DNA from: Phaeosaccion multiseriatum
Lineage: Eukaryota; Protista; Ochrophyta, other classes
NCBI GenBank assembly: GCA_965112735.1
Contig: OZ218951.1
Coordinates: 2,108,001 to 2,172,000, forward strand
Direction: 5' to 3'
Length of the DNA: 64,000 nucleotides
Notes under the pieces: model-generated
Databases searched by the model: none
Seen by the model: the letters and a program-made list of their open reading frames with translations, nothing else
What the model was told of the DNA's origin: nothing
Made by a program: the position numbers and the translations under genes
Shown here: piece by piece, positions 1 to 11,657 of the stretch
How the letters are laid out: every line of letters begins with the position of its first letter
Numbering within the stretch: the first letter of the stretch is position 1

Positions 1-978
1 ATGGCAGCCTCAGGAGAGGGGCACTCCACGATGGTGCAGCAGCTGCTCTCGGCGCGTGCTAGTGTCGACTTGGCCGACAAGCAGGGGTTTTCTCCGATTT
101 GTATGGCCTCTCAGAACGGACATGGCTCTGTGCTAAGGCTCCTCATCTCAGCCCAAGCGGATGTGAACCAAGCAACTAATCGCGGGTGTACTCCGCTTCT
201 GCAGGCGTCGCTCAATGGGCATGCGGGCACTGTACAGCAGCTCATCAGGGCTCACGCCATTATCGACAAGGCTGACATCGAAGGGCTCACTCCTCTTCAC
301 GTTGCCTGTCAGGAAGGGCACGACGCCGTGGTGGAGAAGCTTCTCTGTGCGGGAGCACAGGTGGACAAATGTACCAACACCGGCGAATCACCCCTCATGC
401 TTGCCGCGCAGAATGGGCACGAGGCCGTCGTCGCTCGTCTCATCTCTGCGGGAGCACGTGTGGACAAGGCTGACCCCGAAGGTTTCACTGCTCTTCACTT
501 TGCCTGTCAGGAAGGGCACGACTCCGTGGTGGAGAAGCTTCTCTCTGCGGGAGCACGTGTGGACAAAGAGGCCAACAATGGCGCAAAACCCCTCATCCTT
601 GCCGCGTGGGATGGGCACGAGGCCGTCGTCGCTCGTCTCATCTCTGTGGGATCCCCCATGGATGCCTCAAGAGTAGACGACCCTTCCCCGCTGGTTGCCG
701 CTATCTGCAGTGATCAGCACAGCATTGTGCGGCAGCTCCTCTCGGCCGGTGCTTCGGTGGACAAGGCCTTGGCTGGGGCACAGCGGTGTCAGCTCGGCCT
801 CGGCATCGAGCAGCGACTTATGGAGGCAGCAGCAGCCTTCTTCCGGTCCCAAACCGCGCTGGACCTCATGCGAAGGACGGATAAGACCTTCGGCAAGGAG
901 AGCGGAATCCTGCCGCTGGAGAGGCCCGGGCGGGTGCAGAGCGAGACGTGGGAGAGCATGGCGGAGGAGATGAGCTGA
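1..978 (+). CDS. Ankyrin-repeat protein, family A copy 1 (5' part outside window)
   Basis: Tandem ankyrin motifs (G-x-T/S-P/A-L-x-x-A-x-x-x-GH-x-x-VV-x-x-L-L). Family C-terminus TALDLMRRTDKTFGKESG...AEEMS. Position 1 aligns to an internal part of copies 2 and 3, so this ATG is not the real start. Confidence 0.9.
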   Translation: MAASGEGHSTMVQQLLSARASVDLADKQGFSPICMASQNGHGSVLRLLISAQADVNQATNRGCTPLLQASLNGHAGTVQQLIRAHAIIDKADIEGLTPLHVACQEGHDAVVEKLLCAGAQVDKCTNTGESPLMLAAQNGHEAVVARLISAGARVDKADPEGFTALHFACQEGHDSVVEKLLSAGARVDKEANNGAKPLILAAWDGHEAVVARLISVGSPMDASRVDDPSPLVAAICSDQHSIVRQLLSAGASVDKALAGAQRCQLGLGIEQRLMEAAAAFFRSQTALDLMRRTDKTFGKESGILPLERPGRVQSETWESMAEEMS

Positions 979-1666
979 GCGAGCAGGAGGGATGCGCGGG
1001 GTGGGGGCGGGTAGGGCAGCGACGACTTTGGCAACGAAAGAGTACCGCTCCAGCTGCTCACTTGCACCAGCCAGCCATGCCGCACATGCGAGTGAGCCTG
1101 TACATCAGGATGCGATGCGAGAGAGAGACTGCCCACGGCACACTGGCTTGGCGTAAGGGCGGTGAAGTGATGGCGATCCTCTGTCGCAGAGAGGAGCGGA
1201 GAATAGGAGGTAGGGGGTCGGGGGGTGAGGGAAGTCACGCAAGTGTAGAGTCAAGTGTGTAGGCTAGGGAAAAGGGAAAGGGGGGATTTTGAGGGGGAGG
1301 GGGAGAGGGAAGGTCAATTCGTTTGAAGGGGGGAGAATGTAGTCCCGATGGACCGAGGCCGAGAGCTTCCTGGGTGGGGCATGCGGGAACAGCAAGTAGT
1401 CGTAGCTTAGAAAAGGTACTGCCCTACTAAACACACAATGGTATACGTGAATGCCAGGTCCTAGGCAGGGGTTGTGCTCGTGTGGAGGCAAAAGCAGGCA
1501 ACGCTCATCTAGCTAGGCGCAGCTGCGCGCGCGGTGATCTGTGAATCGGATCACCAAACCAGACCCAACAAATGCCTTTCAGTTTCGGCGGCGATTGGCC
1601 GTGGCGCTCCAGCGGGCCCGACACGAGCGATCGATTCGACACAGGGTCCTGGCTAGTATCAACTAA

Positions 1667-1984
1667 CTACTTTGTCCGTTGGGGAGGACTGACGAGTCGG
1701 GGAAATACGACGGGGCGGTGAGACGTTACTTTTAGACAACCATAGATGGCACTTTAAGGGGACCGCGAAAATAGAACTGGTTCTACTTTGTCCGATGGGG
1801 AGGACTGACGAGTCGGGGGGAATACGACGGGGCGGTGAGAGTTACTTTTAGACAACCATAGATGGCACTTTAAGGGGGCCGCGAATGTGCTGATGGGGAG
1901 GACTGACGAGTCGGGGGGAATAGAGGGAAGATGGGGCGGTGAGAGTTACTTTTCGACAACCATAGATGGCACTTTAAGACCGCG
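1667..1984. repeat. Three tandem ~90-116 bp direct repeats
   Basis: Units start at ~1667, 1783 and 1892. They share ggggaggactgacgagtcgggg...ggggcggtgaga..ttactttt.gacaaccatagatggcactttaag. The array ends just left of the transposon TIR. Confidence 0.9.
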
Positions 1985-1991
1985 CTCCTTG

Positions 1992-4821
1992 GGGCACTTC
2001 CACAATCGCTGCTCTGCCCCAGCTTCCAAAGCTCGTAACTTTTGGCCAGAAAGGTGTACGAAGGTGTGTGGTGGGTCAGAATCTGCGCAAGGATGCCCTC
2101 TACAAGAAGAGCTGTCGTCCGGTTCGCAGCACTGCCGAGAAACGAAGGGCGAGGGAGAAAAGGGGGGTTGGGAGAAATATTGAAAACACTAAAAGTAATA
2201 TTTATGTCAATTAAAAGCACTAAAAGTAAAATTTCTGTAAAATTTATGTCAATTATATCATGATTGCAGCGTCTGGAGCGGCCGGGGGCGGGCTAGAGAG
2301 GACAGCAGGGGTGGCGGAGGTGTTGGGGGTGCCGAAGGCTCTACAACGGGCGCCACAGGCTGCTCCGCGGGTGCTTCGCGGGACGCAAGGTGCGCCAACA
2401 GGAGCTCCACCAGCCCCTGCTTGAGGGTCCGTTTCGGGTACTTAATCCCTTCCCGTGCGCAGCAAGACTCCAACGTAGGCCAGTTCATCGCGAGTACACT
2501 GGCCCGAGTGAGAAGCGGGCCCTGGGCTCCCACTATAGACCGGTACAGGTACACAAGCTTTGGCTCCCCCCCAAACAGGTCGCCTTGCCCATTCTTCGCG
2601 GCGAAGCACTCCCCGTACTTGCCCTTGCTGCAGGGGGTGCAGCTACAGCTCATCGTGCGAACATGAAGTGGGTACGCAACATCATAGTCCTGGCCTTGAT
2701 GGAACGCTTCAATCGTGGCCTCCGAAACGAAGCCACCCTTCTCCACATCGCCCTCGTAGTGGTATATACTCTGGGTGCCCTGGATGCCCTTGATGGTCAC
2801 GTCCTCCCGCTGAATGCTGCCGGCGGCAATAAACCTCACACGGGTCATCCGGGCTGTAAAAGGTGTCCAGCGCTTTCCAAAGTACTCTTCGTCCGACATT
2901 GGCTGGGCGGTGGTGTCAAACATCTCAGTCACGAAGGTCTCAAAGTCCTTCGCCGAGTTCATCACCCTCTCCCCCATGTCCGTCCTCCTCGATGCCATGG
3001 CCTTGATGGTACCCCCAAGCCCATCGTGGGGCCCCTTACCATGCGAGGTGGTGTGGAACATGTGCGTCATCTTCACCCCCCACAACTTGAGACAGGAGGC
3101 AACGAAGGCGAAGTTCTTTGCGCCCTTGTACTGCTTGGCGCATCCGTCAGTGACGTTGATCCACTCCTCCAGCTTGAGGCCGTGCTTTTCGAAGTATCCC
3201 TTGTACTGCTGATGCATGAGGCTGGAGCAGTGCTCATGGAAGGCTTGGTCTTGAAGGTCGTCGGAGATGAAAATCTGAGCGTGCACGTCATGGACGGGCT
3301 TCTCCCCCCCCCACATCCTGGGGTTGCAGTGCACGTAGCAAATCATGAGCGTCGCGGACGGACATGTGCCACAGGTCACAGAGAACGCGCCTGATGAAAG
3401 CGAGAGCAGGAGAGAAACACACGAATACATTAGGAAAGGAAACGAGGGAGCAGGGGAGGGGGGAGAGGAGGGAGGAAGGGTGGGGGGAGGACGGGAGGGG
3501 AGAGAAGTGAGCGCCCCTCTTGCTCTGACGTACCGCTGAGCTTATGCTTCTCCGAAAAGTCCATCCCCATTATGATCTGATGGGGCTTGAGTCGCTTCAG
3601 ACTCACCTCGGCAGCAAGCCTCTGCACCTTCGTCGCGACATGATACCGGATGTACTTCTGCCGGAGGTACTGCTCGGCCCTCCTAAAGACCTCGGCCACA
3701 GTCATCTCCACAAGCACGTTCTGCCGGTCGTGCTTCTTCCCTTCTGCTGTCACCACTGGCGCCCACTCTTTCACCTGCACCGTGTGCGTGTAGTTTCTGT
3801 CGCTGTACTCACAATGGGGGATACCCTTCACGCCGGCTTTGCAGTCGTCACAGGCTCCCTTCACACAAGCCGCCTTGTAGGTGCACAGCCCGTAGTGAAG
3901 CGCAGCAAGCTCGGCGTCGCCCTCGTAGTACTCCACCTGGTTGCAGAAGAAAGGCTTTGCTCCTGCTGCTGTGCTGCTGCGTCACCCCCTGCTCCGCTTC
4001 TCAGGCTGCATCTCGGCCTCGCCGTTTCTAGGGCTTTGCGCTTCTCCGCAAGACCCTCTGCTTTCTTGCTTGCTACCTCTTGCCTCTCCCTCGCCTCCGC
4101 AGCTTCTCCGCTTTTCTTTACGGCCTCTGTGAAGAGCATGTCGGCCGTATCCTCAGCTGGACCCTCCTTCCCCCAATCGCCATCTCGGAGCTTCCTCTTC
4201 TTCGCTGGGGACTCTGATACACCCTTGGGAAAGTAAGACTTGGACCCCTTCACCAGCGAAGCCCACCGATGCTTTATCCCGCTCCTCTTTGCCGGCGGCG
4301 TCTTGATCTTGGCCTGTTCCATTCGTTCCGTAAGAAGTTCATCCTCCGTCTCTTGGACGTGCTCCTTAGAGCACACGCGGCCATAGCGCTTCTGCTCCTT
4401 CCTGGCTCCACTGGGTGCGACAGTCAGTGTCACGCTTGTCTTCTTGCCGCAGGGCGTTTCTGCATGCTTGAAAGTACATCGATCCAGGTACCGGAGGTGG
4501 TGAGGACGCTCCGGAGTGGCCATTTCAATTTTCGCTTGGAGGGCGTTTTTACAGCTGAAGATGATCAGTAGGAGAAAGGTCACAGAGAGCATTCTTAAAG
4601 CCCTAAGCACGCTGCATCCAGTGATGTGCTTGCAGTGCGCTATCGACGCTGTCCTCCCTGTTTTCTCATCCAGATTTCCCACTTCCCCGCCATGGATTTG
4701 AATTTGCAGATCATGACCGTGACCGGCATACCCCTAAACATAGGGGTAGCCGCGAGCTTGTAACGTAAATCGCATCGAAACCGGTGTAGATCCGAAAATC
4801 GATGCGATTGTGGAAGTGGCC
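1992..4821 (-). mobile_element. Sola-like (probably Sola2-type) DNA transposon, apparently full length
   Basis: Left end GGGCACTTCCACAATCGC (1992-2009) and right end GCGATTGTGGAAGTGGCC (4804-4821) are inverted, with 1 mismatch. CTTG flanks both ends (1988-1991, 4822-4825); 2-bp TT or 6-bp CCTTGG are alternative readings. Internal DDD-type transposase. Subterminal hairpins at ~4730-4749 and ~4768-4809. Confidence 0.75.
2258..4523 (-). CDS. DDD transposase (Sola-like), spliced
   Basis: Motifs MDFSEK, VTDGCAKQYK and HGKGPHDGLGG supply three catalytic Asp. SCSCTPC Cys motif and a SAP/HeH-like C-terminal helix pair (LESCCAREGI...KQGLVELL). Intron 3391-3533 (GTACGT...TCATCAG) joins the 3430..3936 and 2258..3430 ORFs in frame. 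The junction near 3937 is either an intron (acceptor-like ctttcttctgcaaccag) or a frameshift. Start at MATPERP (4523) is inferred. Confidence 0.75.
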
Positions 4822-4930
4822 CTTGGCCTTTCAGGAATCAAGAAGGAAAAAAAACAAAAACAAATGTTGTTGCCTTCTTAGCCCCCTTGTGTCACCACTC
4901 CCGTCTCAAGGGCGGGGCCACTTGCTCCCC

Positions 4931-7307
4931 ATGGCGCAGCAGGCAACTACAACGCCCGAGGTACGACCTAGCGCCCTCTTGGAGGACGACTCTGTGCTTC
5001 AGAGAGAAATGCGCAAAGCGAGAGGGGGGAGTTCGAATGGTAGACACGATAGCTGCGGAAGGACGATTAGCTGCGGAAGGACGCTCCCGAAGTTGTGAGC
5101 AGCGCCCCCTTTTGAAGTTGGGACGCTTACGTAACGCTCCCGAAGTTGTGAGCAGCTTGCCCTCTTTTGAGGCACAGTACGCAGTAGCAAGACGACTGGA
5201 GAGAAAGAAGGGAGGGGGGGTCATTCTGCGGATACGATAGCTGCGCTGGGAAGCTCGCGTGTCGACCTATGAGCCGCTCTCCGTTGATCCCTTTTTGTCC
5301 GGTTTATGCGCCCTCTCCCCCCTTAACTCCTTTCCCTCCACAACACCAGGCGCGGCGACTCGGACAGGCTCTGGCAAGGGGAGATAGCTTCCTCACTGTG
5401 AGAGCGCTGATTAGGAAGCTCATCGCCAAGCACGGCAAAGCGAGTTTGGATCAGCCTATCGATGAAGAGGGCTATTCGTCTGCACTCTGCGCTTCAAGAT
5501 ACGGTCGACTGGATGTCGTGGACCTTCTGTTGCGGGAAGGGGCCTCCTTCAGAACCAGAGGCGGGCCCTTTGGAGACACGGCGTTGATATGCGCTGCCTG
5601 CAGCGGGCACGATCAGGTGGTGAGGCGGCTGTTGGACATTGGAGCCCCTGTGGACCAAGCGAGTGACGCAGGAGTTACTCCCTTGCTTGCAACCTCAATT
5701 GATGGGCACTCCACGATAGTGCAGCAGCTGCTCTCGGCGCGTGCTAGTGTCGACTTGGCCGACAAGCAGGGGATTTCTCCGATTTGGATGGCCTCTCAGA
5801 ACGGGCATGGCTCTGTTGTAAGGCTCCTGATCTCAGCCCAAGCGGATGTGAACCACGCAAGTAATCGCGGGGCTACTCCGCTTCTGCAGGCATCACTCAA
5901 TGGGCATGCGGGCATTGTACAGCAGCTCATCAGGGCTCACGCCATCATCGACAAGGCTGACCCCGAAGGTGCCACAGCTCTTCACATTGCCTCTCAACGT
6001 GGAGACGACGCCGTGGTGGAGAAGCTTCTCTGTGCGGGAGCACAGGTGGACAAATGGACCACCACCGGCAAATCACCCCTTCTTCTTGCCGCCCAGAATG
6101 GGCACGAGGCCGTCGTCGCTCGTCTCATCTCTGCGGGACCCCCCATCGACAAGGCTGACCCCAAAGGTTTCACTGTTCTTCACATTGCCTGTCAGGAAGG
6201 GCACGACGCCGTGGTGGAGAAGCTTCTCTGTGCGGGAGCACGTGTGGACAAAGAGGCCAACAATGGCGCAACACCCCTCATGCTTGCCGCGGAGGGTGGG
6301 CACGAGGTCGTCGTCGCTCGTCTCATCTCTGCGGCACCCCCCATCGACAAGACTGAACTCAACGGTGTCACTGCTCTTCACTTTGCCTCTCAACATGGAC
6401 ACGACGCCGTGGTGGAGAAGCTTCTCTCTGTGGGAGCGCGTGTGGACAAAGTGACCAACAATGGCGCAACACCGCTCATACTTGCCGCGAACAATGGGCA
6501 CGAGGCCGTCGTCGCCCGTCTCATCTCTGCGGGACCCCCCATCGACAAGGCTAACCCCGGAGGTTTCGTCTCATCTCTGCGGGACCCCCCATCGACAAGG
6601 CTAACCCCGGAGGTTTCACAGCTCTTCACCTTGCCTGTCAGGAAGGGCACGACGCCGTGGTGGAGAAGCTTCTCTTTGCGGGAGCACGTGTGGACAAAGG
6701 GGCCAACAATGGCGCAACACCCCTTCTTCTTGCCGCGTGGGATGGGCACGAGGCCGTCGTCGCTCGTCTCATCTCTGCGGGACCCCCTATCGACAAGGCT
6801 GGCCCCAAAGGTTTCACTGCTCTTCACGCTGCCTGTCAGGAAGGGCACGACGCCGTGGTGGAGAAGCTTCTCTGTGCGGGAGCACGTGTGGACAAAGAGG
6901 CCAACACTGGCGCAACACCCCTCCTCCTTGCCGCGCAGCATGGGCACGAGGCCGTCGTCGCTCGTCTCATCTCTGTGGCATCCCCCATGGATGCCTCAAG
7001 AGTAGACATTATTTCCCCGCTGGTTGCCGCTATCTGCAGTGATCAGCACATCATTGCGCGGCAGCTCCTCTCGGCCGGTGCTTCGGTGGACAAGGCCTTG
7101 GCTGGGGCACGGTGGTTTCTGCTCGGCCGGGACATCGAGCAGCGACTTATGGAGGCGGCAGCAGCCTTCTTCCGGTCCCAAACCGCGCTGGACCTCATGC
7201 GAAGGACGGATAAGACCTTCGGCAAGGAGAGCGGAATCCTGCCGCTGGAGAGGCCCGGGCGGGTGCAGAGCGAGACGTGGGAGAGCGTGGCGGAGGAGAT
7301 GAGCTGA
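4931..7307 (+). pseudogene. Ankyrin-repeat protein family A copy 2, frameshifted by a 50-bp tandem duplication
   Basis: Exon 1 4931-4960 (MAQQATTTPE|gtacga). Exon 2 from 5350 (caccag|ARRLGQAL). 6517-6566 is duplicated at 6567-6616, shifting the frame between the 5269..7005 and 6657..7307 ORFs. This is the longest repeat array of the copies. Confidence 0.8.
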
Positions 7308-8272
7308 GCGAGCAGGAGGGATGCGCAGGGTGGGGGCTGGTAGGGCAGCGACGACTTTGGCATTGAAAGAGAACCGCTCCAGCTGCTCACTTGCACCAGT
7401 CATGCCGCACATGCGAGTGAGCATGTACATCAGGATGCGATGCGAGAGAGAGACTGCCCACGGCACACTGGCTTGGCGTAAGGGCGGTGAAGTGATTGCG
7501 ATCCTCTGTCGCAGAGAGGAGCGGAGCACAGGAGGTAGGGGGTCGGGGGGGGAGGGGAGTCACGTGTGTAGCTTACGGGATCAATGGGTGAAGTGTATGG
7601 CTTGAGGGGGGGGGGGAGAGGGAAGGTCAATTCGTTTGAAGGGGGGAGAGTGTAATCCCGATGGACCGAGGCCGAGGGCTTGCTGTGCCCGCATGTAGTC
7701 GTAGTCGTAGCTTAGAAGGGTACTGCCTTGATAAACACACAATGATAAAAGGTGAACGCCAGGTCCTAGGCGGGGGTCGTGCTCGTGTGGAGGCAAAAGG
7801 CAGGCACCGCTCATCTAGGCAGCAGCTGCGCGGTCGCGTCTGTCCGCACTCAACACAGCCTTGCTGCCGCTGCCCCCTCGCCCCAAGCAACGGAACTCCC
7901 CCCCTCCTGCGATCCAAGGCATGGGATCTTGCCTCATAGACTTGGATCAGCAGTTTGTTCTGGCTTGGAGTGAGAATGCTCTCCGCGTGCGAGTCGCCTT
8001 ACAAGGGAGAGGAAGCACTCAAGGAGCACACATGTCGGGGCCGAGACATCGCTCTGAGAAGGATCTTAAGTTGCGTGACTGAATATTAATGCAAATTACG
8101 ATATCAAATGAATAAGGATCCTTTCTCTCTGCCTATGGTCACACGAAGCTTGTTGTTGTCGAAAGCTGCGGAGCACCGAGCACCTGGTGGTGAAGGTGCT
8201 TGCCATCAGAGCAGCGACGGACCCGAAAGATGGGCGGGGCGGAGGTAGGCCCATCCGGAAGATGGACATCGC

Positions 8273-8985
8273 TCACCAGCTGCATCGCGAAGGAGAAGGC
8301 GAAGGGAGGAGGACAGATGTGAGACAGCGTGGAAGCATATACTCAGCCAGTCCCCACTTGCACCACCAGCACTCACCCTCCCCACTTGCCCCACTTGCCC
8401 CACTTGCCCCATCCCCATCCGCCCCATCCGCCCCAGTGGTAGCTGTTATCGCCAGGGGTAAAGGATGCCCAAGAAGTTGAGCGGGGGGGGGCGCACACGA
8501 TCCGGGTCGATGGCGGCGGAGTCAATTGGATCCGAGTAGATGAGGAGCGCGGAGTGGTAAGGGAAAGACGGTGAGAGACAGACAGTAAGCAGGTGTGAGC
8601 GATGTAGGGAGACGTCACTTACAGTTTGCGTCCCCTCTGGTGGCCTTCGCCTCGAGAGCCGTAGCTCCTGTAGCGGAGCGGCGCCCGGAGTGAAGGTGAA
8701 GAGCGACGGGGGAGGGACGAAGGGCGGAACGGAGGCGGCAGGGGCAAAAGCGAGCGTACAATATATGTCGAGCGGAGCGTGAGGCAGAGAAGAGGTGTGC
8801 GAGAGCCGAGAAGAGGAGAGCGGAGCGAGTGTAGAGGACGTGCACGGGCACAAGCAGGCAAGATCCGATCCTTGAACTTACAGCTTGCGGGCCGGCTTGT
8901 CCTTGATGGTGTCGGGGACTTCGGCGGCGCCGGAGAGCACTGCCACGAAGAGCAGGGCGAAGAGAGTGAGGATGACGCGAGTCAT
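8273..8985 (-). CDS. Secreted RxL-delimited peptide precursor, Trp/Gly/Lys-rich (4 micro-exons)
   Basis: Exons 8985-8882, 8667-8623, 8442-8377, 8279-8273. Donors GTAAGT/GTAAGT/GTGAGT, CAG acceptors, all introns phase 2. Product: MTRVILTLFALLFVAVLSGAAEVPDTIKDKPARKL-SYGSRGEGHQRGRKL-YHWGGWGGWGWGKWGKWGKWGGW*. Confidence 0.8.
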
Positions 8986-9280
8986 GGTGCTTTGCTGGTA
9001 GTCTTGCGGCAGTAGCGAGGCCTGAGGCAACTGTGGTTGTGAGCAAGGCAGAGAAAAACAAAAAAAAATGCACCCCTCCTGGAGCCCTTTTTTTGGACCA
9101 CCCCCCTTGATAAGTGATCGTGACAACCCGTGCCAAGATTTGCAGGTGTATGGGTATGACCAGAGGGTTGTCCGGGGCAGGTGGTCAGGCGGGAAGGCAG
9201 CGGACGAGGTTCCTTTGCACACTGGGTAGGAAGCGCTGGGCCCCACGCGTGCTGGTGGCGATGACGCACAGGCTGGGCGC

Positions 9281-10026
9281 ATGGCGGAGGAAGAAGCTAC
9301 GACGGCACACTGCCCTGCAAAGAGGATCGCGTGCAGCCCTGATGCTGCTTTCGCGCCTTTGGCCTGCTCTGCAGACTGTCTCCCCTCCGACTGCCTCCGC
9401 GCTGCTCCGCGGCATAGCTACAATGATTTTCGTGAACACGAAGCGGGCGCGCTCTTCGGGCCCGCTACAGCGCGTCAAGCTGAGCCACCCATTCCATGTG
9501 GTTCTCACCTTTGGGACCAAAGTGTGGTGCCTCTCTCGCTGAAGCACATAATGCTGCCTACCACAGGGCCGCCCGTGTAGCGTGCTGCGCTACTGAGGAG
9601 GGGGCTACAGGGGAGGACTCAGGGCACGGAAACACCGGCCCAAGGCATGGTGAGAATCTGTGATCACGACACGAAGAAGTTCTTCTTATACTGGACCGAG
9701 TGTCAGCATCCTATGGCATAAACACCACACCTTCTCGCGAACGAGCAGTCTCGCGGAGCTCGGGAGTGCGCGGGTCAGCCGGAAGGACCTTGCAGAGAGG
9801 CAGCCCGCAGGAGGGCAAGGCCCTGAGTCAGGCATACGAAGACAGCAGGCAGAGCGCCCGGGAAGACCGTAGGCAGAAGGCCGAGTGCAGGGGCCTGGTG
9901 ACGACGATGTATTACGATACCGCAAAGGGCTGCAGCAGTTCCATCGTTGACCGCCTTCCGAATCATTTTCTCACGTACGAAGCACGTACTGTGCAGAAGC
10001 GCCATGAGCCCAGTTCCTTACACTAA
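9281..10026 (+). other. Possible degraded coding remnant of unknown identity
   Basis: Short overlapping ORFs with protein-like composition, present in both units (also 21310-22054). No recognisable motif. Confidence 0.2.
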
Positions 10027-10557
10027 CCCTAACCCTAGCCCTGTTCTGATGTGACTGTCGTGGAAGCATCAAAGAGCCAAGCCCGCGACGTAACCTGGTG
10101 CGCGGATAGCAGGACCCTGTGAGTGCTTCGGATGATCGACACTGCGATGCGCCGCTTTTCCGATGAAGCATTCGAAGCTTGGACATGAAGCTGCGGGTGA
10201 AGAGTGGCCCCCCATCCCTCGTAGTTGCCCTCCTGTCGCTCGGCTCCCTTCCCCTCCTCCCTCCCTCCCTCTCGCCTCCTGCCTCGCTCCCTGCCTCGCT
10301 CCCTCTCCCTCCCTCCCTCTCTCTCGCCCGTCCCCCGCTGCCTCTTGCCTACACTCCCCCATTCATGGCGCCGCACGAGAGGACCCCTTTCGCCAGTGAG
10401 CAAAATCTTCCAATGCCCTGGCGAGCGATAGATACCAGTGCCTTCCTTCGGTGGGCGCTGTGCTCGTCACAGGCCTAACCCGGCCAACTATATCGCGACC
10501 CCTTCGCCTACCACTCCCATCCGTGATCATCCCACATGCACCGGCGGCCCTCAGTCC

Positions 10558-11430
10558 TCAGTTCTCGCAGTTGCAGGGGAGGCCATTGGCGTGCGCCCAC
10601 CGCTTCATGTCCTCAAAGGCGTCCTTCCTCCCCGCCCTCCACCTACCCGTGTTGAGCAGCACATCCGGAAATGAACCCTGGTTCCATGGACACATGGCGC
10701 TCGGCAGCAGTAGGCTTTCGCCGTACTTGACAGCAAAGAAACAAACAATAAGGTCCCTCTTGCACAGCACCTCCAAGTGCCCTCCCCCGCAGCTCAGGTA
10801 GCCCCCCATCGCCACTCGCTACCACCCGCTGCCGCCTCAAGCTCAGGCCTGACTCTGCGGTGATTCAGAAGCATCTCCAGCACATTGATACATCCTTTGT
10901 GCGCAGCCTCGCTCCACACACCCCAGTCCAATGGAGTAAATGCCTCATCCGACAACAGCCACGTGACCATGTCCACGTCCCCTCTCAATGCGGCTTGAGT
11001 GCAAGTATACTCGTTCCAGGGGCATGGTCTCTTGTTAGGGCTTTCCGAGCGGAGCCACTTGAGAATACTCGTGCCGTGCTTGGCATTCTCGGCAGCGCCT
11101 TGGCACACTTTCTCGCACCATGCGCAGCCGTGGCGATGGAGGGCCTTGGCCTTGGCCTTGGCCTCGCAGATGCTCACATCTCCCCACAAGGCTGTAGCGT
11201 GGAAAAAACTGACGCGCGCCCGCCGTAGATCCGAATAGAAGAGAGGTCTCCAACCGGGGATAAGCGGCGCTGTACAGCCTCTTCCAGTCCTTGCTCACAC
11301 CAGCGACGAAGATGCCCTTCCCCAACAATGGCCAGCCAGGACCTTCCGCCTCATGTCCTCCACCGCCAGCACCTTGGCACGGGGCGAAGGCTCCTCCGCG
11401 TAAAAGAAGGGGCGCTATTCCCCCTCTGTG
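10558..11430 (-). pseudogene. F-box-like/CPW-type ankyrin-repeat protein pseudogene (algal/giant-virus type family)
   Basis: Fragments in several frames: KVLAVEDMRRKVL..IFVAGVSKDWKRLY, ILKWLRSE..PCPWNEYTCTQAALRGD, GGGHLEVL, CPWN, RWAHANGLPC. Multiple frameshifts. 5' limit approximate. Confidence 0.7.
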
Positions 11431-11657
11431 TAGATGTGCGGACGGCACAAGTGGCCCACTCGCAGTCTGCACAGCCTGGTACATGCAAAGCAAAAACCCG
11501 CCTCTGTGCTCATCCCGCTCATCAAATTTGGGTCTTTGCAGGACGGCCTTTGCAATCAAGAATACTATCATCCAAAGGGCTCCAAGAGCGTTGCCCGTGT
11601 CACACAACACAACAACACAGGAGCTATCTCGCAGGACCCAACCCACGCAAGCCCACC

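Noticed and set aside
1685-1725. Hammerhead-ribozyme-like CTGACGA followed by stem GTCG...CGAC in the triple repeat
   Set aside because: The required GAAA after stem II is replaced by GGGG, and no convincing stems I/III with a cleavage triplet are visible.
1667-1984. CRISPR-like array
   Set aside because: Eukaryotic context. The units are long direct repeats without unique spacers, and there are no cas genes.
2390-3394. Long antisense ORFs opposite the transposase, ORC2 and ankyrin genes
   Set aside because: Shadow ORFs expected from GC-rich codon usage on the opposite strand.
5269-5349. ORF-track starts MSRSPLIPF (5269, 17840)
   Set aside because: These lie inside intron 1. The ATG is absent in copy 4, whereas the upstream MAQQAT exon with a GT donor is conserved in all three copies.
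10022-10041. Telomere-like CTAACCCTAACCCTAGCCCT (also ~22051)
   Set aside because: Only about three units. Too short to claim an interstitial telomere or healing event.
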